From an uncultured Verrucomicrobiales bacterium (GTDB lineage Bacteria > Verrucomicrobiota > Verrucomicrobiia > Verrucomicrobiales > DEV007), in NCBI GenBank assembly GCA_938091905.1, contig CALKOM010000104.1, positions 1 through 13,056 on the forward strand: DNA of 13,056 nt. Direction: 5' to 3'. Below are positions 7,254 through 13,056 of this stretch, piece after piece; position 1 is the stretch's first letter; the number at the start of each line of letters is the position of its first letter. Position numbers and translations under genes: made by a program. The notes beneath the pieces are model-generated. The model was not told the origin of the DNA. It made no database searches and saw nothing but the letters and a program-made list of their open reading frames with translations.

Positions 7254-9071
7254 TTAGTCGAGTGAGAACTGGGCAAGGTATTCTTCTCTCTTGGGTAGAT
7301 TCTCTTTAGGTTGATCGCTCTTTCGCAAGATGTGGCGTCCGAGGACGAGGACGTCCATATCTGTGCACATGAAGCAATGGTAGGCTTCGTCTGGGGTACA
7401 GACAATGGGTTCCCCGCGCACGTTGAAACTCGTGTTGATGAGAACGGGTGAGCCCGTGTTCTTGGCGAACGTTTGAAGTAGCTTGTGGTAGACACCATGG
7501 CGGTCTGCATCCGTCGTTTGCACTCGCGCTGAGTTGTCGACGTGTGTCACGGCTGGAATCACGGATCGTTTCACCTTCAATTTGTCCAGGCCAGCGGCAT
7601 CACCGCTGGCTGCGACCCGTTTTGACTCCTGCACAGGTGCTACCAACAGCATGTAAGGGCTATCCTCTTCCGAACGGGTCTCGAAGTACTCATCGACGCG
7701 TTCTCGCAGGACCACTGGAGCAAACGGCCTGAACGATTCGCGGAACTTGATCTTGAGATTCATCGTCTTCTGCATGTCCCCAGATCGAGCATCCCCCAAG
7801 ATGCTACGGGCGCCGAGGGCACGAGGGCCAAATTCCATGCGTCCCTGGAACCACCCGACCACGTTCTCGCTGACCAACAAGTCAGAGACTTTCACGCAAA
7901 GATCGTCGTCATCGTTGGCGGTTTCATAGACGGCCTTCTTGGCATCGAGAATGGTGGCGACCTCGCCGTCTGGAAAAGCGGGTCCGAGATAACTCGGACC
8001 CTGATTATCCAGATGGGTTCGAGGATTCTCTAACAGTTGATGCCAAACAAATTGTGCGGCACCCAGGGCACCTCCGGCATCCCCTGCTGCCGGTTGGATC
8101 CAGACGTTTTCAAACGGACCTTCACGGAGTAGGCGCCCATTGGCGACACAGTTCAAAGCGACTCCACCGGCGAGACAGAGATTCTTTCGACCCGTCTGTG
8201 CATGGACATGACGCCCAAGTTTGAGCATGATCTCTTCCGTCACCTCTTGTATACTCGCGGCGACGTCCATGTAAAAGGCGGTGAGTTCCGTCTCGGACTC
8301 TCGCCGGGGTTTGCCGAGTAGATCTGCAAAGGCGTCATTGGTCATGGTGAGCCCCTGACAGAAGTTGAAGTACTTCATATCAAGGTGGAAAGAGCCATCG
8401 TCTCTAACATCAATCAGTTGATAGATCTGATCGACGTATTTGGGATCACCATAGGGGGCGAGTCCCATCAGTTTGTACTCACCACTGTTCACTTTGAATC
8501 CACAATAGTAGGTGAAAGCCGAGTAGAGTAATCCGAGCGAGTGAGGGAAGCGGATCTCTTCATGCAACTCGATCTTACTGTCTTTCCCTACGCCGTAGGT
8601 CGTCGTTGCCCATTCTCCCACGCCATCGACGGTGAGAATGGCGGCTTCTTTAAATGGGCATGGAAAGAACGCACTCGCGGCATGGGACTCATGATGCTCC
8701 ATGAATACATAACGACCCTTATACTTTCCTTGTAGGCCGCGATTCATCTCGCGTCGGAGATACAGCTTCTGCTTGAGCCACACGGGGAGTGCCATCTTGA
8801 AACTGCGGAAACCGGATGGTGCAAAGGACAGGTACGTCTCCAGAAGGCGATCGAACTTCAGCAGGGGCTTCTCGTAGAACGCGACAAAGTCGAGATCCGA
8901 CGCGCTGATTCCTGCTTCTTGGAGGCAATACTCAACCGCTTTCACCGGAAAGGCCGAATCGTGTTTCAACCTGGTGAAGCGTTCTTCTTGGGCTGCCGCG
9001 ATGATCTTGCCATCGACGAGAAGGGCCGCTGCCGCATCGTGGTAGAAAGCGGAGACTCCAAGAATGTTCAT
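7254..9071 (-). CDS. O-carbamoyltransferase, NodU/CmcH/TobZ family (SxtI-like)
   Basis: Start placed at ATG 9071 (MNILGVSAFYHDAAAAL). Motifs AAQEERFTR.KHD..FP, HHESHAASAF, DGVGE, HSLGLLY, GEYKLMGLAPYG, LAGGVALNC, AAGDAG, GRMEFGPRALGARS, KFRESFRPFAP, THVDNSARVQT and NTSFNVRGEPIV. Confidence 0.97.
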   Translation of the reverse strand: MNILGVSAFYHDAAAALLVDGKIIAAAQEERFTRLKHDSAFPVKAVEYCLQEAGISASDLDFVAFYEKPLLKFDRLLETYLSFAPSGFRSFKMALPVWLKQKLYLRREMNRGLQGKYKGRYVFMEHHESHAASAFFPCPFKEAAILTVDGVGEWATTTYGVGKDSKIELHEEIRFPHSLGLLYSAFTYYCGFKVNSGEYKLMGLAPYGDPKYVDQIYQLIDVRDDGSFHLDMKYFNFCQGLTMTNDAFADLLGKPRRESETELTAFYMDVAASIQEVTEEIMLKLGRHVHAQTGRKNLCLAGGVALNCVANGRLLREGPFENVWIQPAAGDAGGALGAAQFVWHQLLENPRTHLDNQGPSYLGPAFPDGEVATILDAKKAVYETANDDDDLCVKVSDLLVSENVVGWFQGRMEFGPRALGARSILGDARSGDMQKTMNLKIKFRESFRPFAPVVLRERVDEYFETRSEEDSPYMLLVAPVQESKRVAASGDAAGLDKLKVKRSVIPAVTHVDNSARVQTTDADRHGVYHKLLQTFAKNTGSPVLINTSFNVRGEPIVCTPDEAYHCFMCTDMDVLVLGRHILRKSDQPKENLPKREEYLAQFSLD

Positions 9072-9105
9072 TAGAAACGGAAAGGGATTAGCATCTTGAT
9101 CGGGG

Positions 9106-9243
9106 CTATGCCCATCCATGCTGAGACTCTAGGCCTACAAGATGAAACCGAGATTGTCATCCTCGATCGATCGCTTCCAAGATCTGCCTGCGGAACGGGT
9201 CGGCCAGAGCCTTCCAAACGAGATCTGTAGCCGTTGGAAACAT
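9106..9243 (-). pseudogene. Truncated ArsR/SmtB-family transcriptional regulator
   Basis: ATG 9243 gives MFPTATDLVWKALADPFRRQILEAIDRG* (TGA 9157-9159), the classic ArsR N-terminal KALADPxRRxIL motif. The same frame continues QSRFHLVGLES..., resembling a deleted version of the SRFAVMKHLGVLE recognition helix (weaker evidence). Confidence 0.8.
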
Positions 9244-9264
9244 ATCGCTATTTAGTGACATGTT
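9239..9264. promoter_or_regulatory. 12-2-12 imperfect inverted repeat, putative ArsR/SmtB autoregulatory operator
   Basis: AACATATCGCTA-TT-TAGTGACATGTT, with arms complementary at 10/12 positions. It overlaps the ATG (9243-9241) of the ArsR remnant. The 12-2-12 geometry is the established SmtB/ArsR operator architecture. Confidence 0.7.
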
Positions 9265-9303
9265 ATGCAAAGTTTCAAACAAAACCTGGAGGGAGCTGTT
9301 GAT

Positions 9304-9720
9304 CTAGCGAGATACTGCTTCTCGGACTTCTGCTCTCATCTTGGCTCGGAGAACTTCGATCGATTGAGCGTCCATCCATGCCGGGTAAGATTTTGGCTAG
9401 GATACAAGTCTCTGTCGCAGGCGTTGAGGTGAGCGCGAGCTTGGCGATTGATTCCGATGCGATGAGAAGAGCGTCTTGATTTAGACAAGCGCCCATGCCA
9501 GTGCCAAGCGTGGCGGGTGGGATCAGGATGCCCCGCTTCGTAAGTAGAGAAGCCAGTTTCTCAAGGGCACGATAGACACGCTTTCGGCAAGCGTCCTCAG
9601 ACATGCCGTGTCCCCTGGCGAGTTCCTTAAAGCTGGTTTCTCTTAGAATCACCGCCTCACGGCCGTGGGTTGGAGTTGAGCGATGATATCGTCCAGATGT
9701 AGTAAGGCTTCGAGCCAGCT
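9304..9720 (-). pseudogene. Remnant of an ECF sigma-70 factor (region 4 plus start of a C-terminal extension)
   Basis: Reads SWLEALLHLDDIIAQLQPT / frameshift ~9662 / REAVILRETSFKELARGHGMSEDACRKRVYRALEKLASLLTKRGILIPPATLG, matching sigma region 4.2 (LDEA...L...DREAVILR....SF.E.A...G.SEDA.RKRV.RALEKL). Region 2 is absent. A third frame ends ...MDAQSIEVLRAKMRAEVREAVSR* at 9304, possibly the original C-terminus. Confidence 0.85.
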
Positions 9721-9971
9721 TGCCATCCGCCGCCATGAATGTGAACCATGACCGGGGCAGGTTCTTTCGTTTTCGCCGGATGGAAGTCTAGCAGTTGACT
9801 CTTGTGATCATCATCATAGGCGATTTCATTGCGGACGAAATCTTCGCCGAACCCGAGACTTGTGGTCAGAAGAAGGGCAGTGCTGAGGAGGATCAGGTTT
9901 GTTATGGCTAAGAGTAATCTTCTCGGTGTGGCCGCGGCCAATCCAAAACGCTTCACAATATTGATGGACAA
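9708..9971 (-). pseudogene. 5' fragment of a secreted alpha/beta hydrolase (BD-FAE/carboxylesterase type)
   Basis: Signal-peptide-like segment, then NEIAYDDDHKSQLLDFHPAKTKEPAPVMVHIHGGGWQAGSK. Similarity stops immediately after HGGGW..GSK, and there is no GxSxG. Start (TTG 9971 or GTG 9956) is uncertain. Confidence 0.85.
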
Positions 9972-9995
9972 TGAGAGAATGACATCATCTCAATT

Positions 9996-10877
9996 ATGAA
10001 AGTCATCTTCGCAATTATCACAGCGGCTACGGTTGTATCACAAGTTTCGGCTCAAACGATCGCTCCCACGAAGAGCAACATTCCCTACGTCGAGAATGGG
10101 CATGAGCGTCAAGTGCTAGACATTTATGCAGGTTCGGAGGCGAAGGATCTGCCAGTGATGTTCTGGATTCATGGCGGCGGCTGGCACATGGGTGATAAGA
10201 GCAATGTGGGTCTGAAACCTAAGGTGCTTGTAGAACGAGGATTCGTCTTTGTCTCGACCAACTACCGACTCTTGCCGGAGGTTGAGATGGGTGTGCTGAT
10301 CGCTGATGTTGCCAAAGCGCTAGGCTGGGTTCATCGCAATATCTCGAAGCATGGAGGCGATCCGAAACGGCTCTTTGTCGGTGGGCATTCTGCCGGAGCC
10401 CAGCTCGCTGCGATTCTTTGCACGGATGACCGTTATCTGAAGAAGGAAGGCGTGAGCTTCGACGTCCTCAAGGGCTGTGTGCCGGTCGATGGAGACACTT
10501 ACGATATCCCTAAAATCATCTCCACAGCAGAACATCGGCAGATGCTCTACGGATGGAAGATGTTCACCTTTGGTCACCGGCAGAAGTTTGGTAATGACCC
10601 CGTGAAACATGTTGAGTTCTCCGCCGTGACGCACGTGGCCGGAGACAAAGGGATTCCTCCCTTTCTGTTGCTCTACTTTCCAGAGAATCCTGACGCAGCA
10701 GCACAAGCAAAGATTTTTGAAGCAACGTTGAAATCAGCAGAAATTCCTGCGCGGGCCTTTGGGAAACGGGATAGCAATCACAGAGCGTTGAACAACGACT
10801 TGGGGAAACCTGAGGATCCGGCGACGGAAGCCCTCTACCAGTTTCTGGACCCGCTCGTGGCCAGCCAGCAGCCCTAG
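9996..10877 (+). CDS. Secreted alpha/beta hydrolase (BD-FAE-like carboxylesterase, HSL-type)
   Basis: 293 aa with a signal peptide; [20 protein letters not shown] oxyanion motif, [26 protein letters not shown] nucleophile elbow, PPFLLL and a late His (SNHRAL). Confidence 0.93.
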   Translation: MKVIFAIITAATVVSQVSAQTIAPTKSNIPYVENGHERQVLDIYAGSEAKDLPVMFWIHGGGWHMGDKSNVGLKPKVLVERGFVFVSTNYRLLPEVEMGVLIADVAKALGWVHRNISKHGGDPKRLFVGGHSAGAQLAAILCTDDRYLKKEGVSFDVLKGCVPVDGDTYDIPKIISTAEHRQMLYGWKMFTFGHRQKFGNDPVKHVEFSAVTHVAGDKGIPPFLLLYFPENPDAAAQAKIFEATLKSAEIPARAFGKRDSNHRALNNDLGKPEDPATEALYQFLDPLVASQQP

Positions 10878-12406
10878 ACTAGCGCGGCGCGTGTGCGCTG
10901 GATGAGCTTATTGTCAGGTTCCTTGGAGCCTCTTAGATTGTAGACGCTGGCGGCGAGGAAGGAATCACGCAGGCCGGGGGAAATTTGATAGTAGTCTTCG
11001 AGCACGGCGGAGGTGAATTTGTAGTCGTGCGCGTTGTTGCCTTTCATGAAGAGCATGCGCCTGGCATTGTCAATGAATTGAGTGGCGTGTGCGGCATCCT
11101 TCCGACAGAACGTGAGGATCTTGCGTGCGGCGACATAACGATTCTCGGTAATGTCGGTGAAGATGCTTTCGAGGGCTTCGGGCGACGTCGCAGGGAGGTC
11201 GATAGGCTCCAACAAATGAATGCGTTCTTTCCGATCTTCGAGATTCTCAGGATTGCTCCGAAACTTTGTGAGGAAGGCAGCAAATTGCAACACGAGCAGG
11301 CGTCGGGTTTCGTCCTCGCTACACGCTTGATAGGCGAAGTGCATGGCATTGGCCGACGTGACGGCGTGGAGTGAGACAATACCAGGGTTCCGCATGAGCA
11401 GCTCGCTGGAAAACTGGAAGCCCGCATCCCAGACCGAAGCGGGAGCGAGTCCGTTCTGGAGATGGGACACCACAGCTTTGCAGGCATCCTCTGGCGAGGC
11501 CTGTCGGAATATTTCTAACAGAGCAGCGACGGCTTCATTGCTGAGTTTGCCATCTTGCCAGTCTTTGGGGATCTGTTTCTGCAAGGACTGGTTCTGCCGC
11601 CAAGGTCGATCTGCATCAGAGTCGCGCTCCGCAGGATTAGTACCTTCATGGGCGAGCAAGGCGTAGGTGAGGGAGCGTAGAATGGGCTCGGCGTGTTGCC
11701 AGCCGATGGTCTGGAGGACGCGGAAGCTGTTGGCGACAAAGATAGCTTTGTGACCGATGTCACGGAAATCCCTGGAGCCATACCTAGCAAAGAGTTCAAA
11801 GAGTTCACCAGCACTGCTTGAGCGGACGAGGCCAGCAATGGCAGCATCGGCGGCGGATTCATCCCAGTTGTCCATCGCACGGATAAACGCTTGGCGGGCA
11901 TGATGTGCGGCGGGGACGTGTGATTCGTTGACAGGAGCCATGGTCCAGTTGTTCTGCGCGACATCCTCGGCCTCAGACTTCTTGTAGTAGTCCAATGCCC
12001 AGAAGATCGGCAGCCAACGGTCACGATCTGGTGACGCCATACTGGCGAGATGCGCGGAATTCACCACGAGAACGGCGTGGAACTTGAAACCGACTGGTCT
12101 CGGTTGGACATTGCGCACCCCTGCTAACAGAAGTGCGGCCAAGATCTGCTGGTAATTCAGCTGACCGGATTTCACCCTTGCACCGACATGTTCCAAGAGG
12201 CGCTTTCGAGGAGTCGTTTCTAACATGCGCACGACGGGTTCTATTTCTCCACCGACCCGGACCATGTTTGGAGTGATCAGGGTATCGGCAGCGGTGATGG
12301 GCTGGAGACCCTGCAGGAAGGAAAAATTACCCAATAGGCAAGCGGCGCTGCCACTTGAACGCGTGAGAAACCGACGACGGTCCATAGAAGATGGGGTTAG
12401 GGCCAT
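10874..12406 (-). CDS. Tat-exported hypothetical all-helical protein with four His motifs (possible questin-oxidase-like metalloenzyme)
   Basis: Long ORF; ATG 12406 preferred ([14 protein letters not shown], twin-arginine). Internal duplication with motifs [34 protein letters not shown] and [10 protein letters not shown]. Confidence refers to the CDS; the function is inference. Confidence 0.85.
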   Translation of the reverse strand: MALTPSSMDRRRFLTRSSGSAACLLGNFSFLQGLQPITAADTLITPNMVRVGGEIEPVVRMLETTPRKRLLEHVGARVKSGQLNYQQILAALLLAGVRNVQPRPVGFKFHAVLVVNSAHLASMASPDRDRWLPIFWALDYYKKSEAEDVAQNNWTMAPVNESHVPAAHHARQAFIRAMDNWDESAADAAIAGLVRSSSAGELFELFARYGSRDFRDIGHKAIFVANSFRVLQTIGWQHAEPILRSLTYALLAHEGTNPAERDSDADRPWRQNQSLQKQIPKDWQDGKLSNEAVAALLEIFRQASPEDACKAVVSHLQNGLAPASVWDAGFQFSSELLMRNPGIVSLHAVTSANAMHFAYQACSEDETRRLLVLQFAAFLTKFRSNPENLEDRKERIHLLEPIDLPATSPEALESIFTDITENRYVAARKILTFCRKDAAHATQFIDNARRMLFMKGNNAHDYKFTSAVLEDYYQISPGLRDSFLAASVYNLRGSKEPDNKLIQRTRAALV

Positions 12407-12504
12407 GAGGCAGTCTAGGGGAAATCGGGATTTCAGAGCAACCTTGTTCGCCAACCAGCTTGAAAAATTGGTTTTCGGCAGAACCTTGCATTGTGCGTCT
12501 TAAT

Positions 12505-12852
12505 ATGAACACGCCTCGCCGCCGTTACTTACTTGGCTGGCTGCTCGCGCTCTATTGGATTGCCCTCTTCATGGGCACACACATCCCGGTGCCGCCGTCG
12601 GAGGTTGCTCTCCCAGAGGGTTCAGACAAACTGATTCATTTCGTGGCCTACTTCGGATTGGCCTGTTTATTAGGCCTGTTTCGCGGTACACAGAAATGGG
12701 CGAGTAGCTTCGCCATCATTGCTGTCTTCGCGATGATCGATGAACTTCTACAGATTCCCGTAGGACGTTCATGTGATGTCGCCGACGGATTAGCAGACTG
12801 GTTAGGTGCTGCAATTGGGATCGTTCTAGCGACGAGGCTCCAGGCGAGGTAA
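12505..12852 (+). CDS. VanZ-family membrane protein
   Basis: ATG 12505. YWIALFMGTHIP, SDKLIHFVAYFGLA and IDELLQIPVGRSCDVADGLADWLGA match the VanZ-like DK..H..AY / DE..Q...GR....D..AD..G pattern. Confidence 0.9.
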   Translation: MNTPRRRYLLGWLLALYWIALFMGTHIPVPPSEVALPEGSDKLIHFVAYFGLACLLGLFRGTQKWASSFAIIAVFAMIDELLQIPVGRSCDVADGLADWLGAAIGIVLATRLQAR

Positions 12853-12854
12853 TC

Positions 12855-12920
12855 CTACTTTTCGCCGTAAAATGCCTCCTCCTGCTCCTCCGGAGTAAAT
12901 TGGTTCAGTATTGTGGCTAG
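12855..12920 (-). pseudogene. 3' tail of an unknown gene, apparently interrupted by the IS
   Basis: From the CTAG site the minus frame reads LATILNQFTPEEQEEAFYGEK* (TAG 12855-12857), ending 2 bp from the convergent VanZ stop. Composition is protein-like, but only 21 codons are visible. Confidence 0.45.
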
Positions 12921-13056
12921 GGCTAATCCATTAATTCAGATTTTCACCCAAGTGCTTATAGCCCAGAGGTTTAGAAACGATTCGAAGTGAGAAGCTTTAC
13001 GCTCGCGGCGGAGTTCCAATCTTGTCCACCGCCCCATTCTAGCAAAGACGTTTTCA
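12921..13056 (-). mobile_element. Downstream end of an IS5-family insertion sequence (truncated by the window edge)
   Basis: Transposase C-terminus followed 15 nt later by a boundary CTAG|GGCTAATCCATTAATT (+ strand). CTAG/TAG/TA targets are typical of IS5-family elements. The end is uncertain by 1-3 bp and the partner inverted repeat is outside the window. Confidence 0.7.
12936..13055 (-). CDS. IS5-family DDE transposase, C-terminal 39 aa (partial)
   Basis: ENVFARMGRWTRLELRRERKASHFESFLNLWAISTWVKI* (TGA 12936-12938) fits the IS5 C-terminal consensus E..FA.L...RRL..RYER.A..F..FL.LA.I..W. Confidence 0.75.
   Translation of the reverse strand, partial: ENVFARMGRWTRLELRRERKASHFESFLNLWAISTWVKI

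Noticed and set aside
6608..9071. Saxitoxin biosynthesis cluster
   Set aside because: Only the widespread sxtI/J/K-like cassette is present. No sxtA, sxtG, sxtB or other core genes appear in the window.
9275..9736. 153-aa ORF as an intact gene
   Set aside because: It is a chimera: its start lies in the hydrolase fragment, only the middle is sigma region 4, and both ends are out-of-frame sequence.
12505..12852. Glycopeptide resistance locus
   Set aside because: VanZ-like proteins are ubiquitous, and no vanHAX/RS genes are nearby.
1..13056. CRISPR array, tRNA, rRNA, or retron/DGR-type repeat system
   Set aside because: No regularly spaced repeats, cloverleaf, rRNA-like sequence, reverse transcriptase or long near-identical repeat pair seen by eye. 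A computational scan could still find weak signals.

Overview
A ~13 kb bacterial chromosomal segment. Gene families suggest the PVC superphylum, probably Verrucomicrobia or Planctomycetes (DUF1549/DUF1553 + DUF1501 pair, PQQ/BamB-like propeller, 'DPxAA..W' repeat protein, extended ECF sigma remnant); this is inference. Intact genes, mostly on the minus strand: PQQ/BamB-like beta-propeller, a membrane protein with a possible bacterial PH domain, DUF1501, DUF1549/DUF1553, SxtJ-family membrane protein, NodU/CmcH carbamoyltransferase, BD-FAE-type alpha/beta hydrolase (+), a Tat-exported helical protein with four His motifs and a terminal HxxK, and a VanZ-family protein (+). Several apparent intergenic gaps are gene ruins that the ORF track misses or only partly captures: a GNAT acetyltransferase pseudogene, a stop-interrupted secreted protein, a DUF5989/SxtK pseudogene, and a fused hydrolase/ECF-sigma/ArsR relic that keeps a 12-2-12 operator upstream of the carbamoyltransferase. 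The window ends in an IS5-family element inserted at CTAG, apparently inside another gene. No CRISPR array, rRNA or tRNA was seen. The best candidates for novelty are the exported 4-His/HxxK protein and the deletion-built regulatory mosaic. All family calls come from motif recognition, not database searches.
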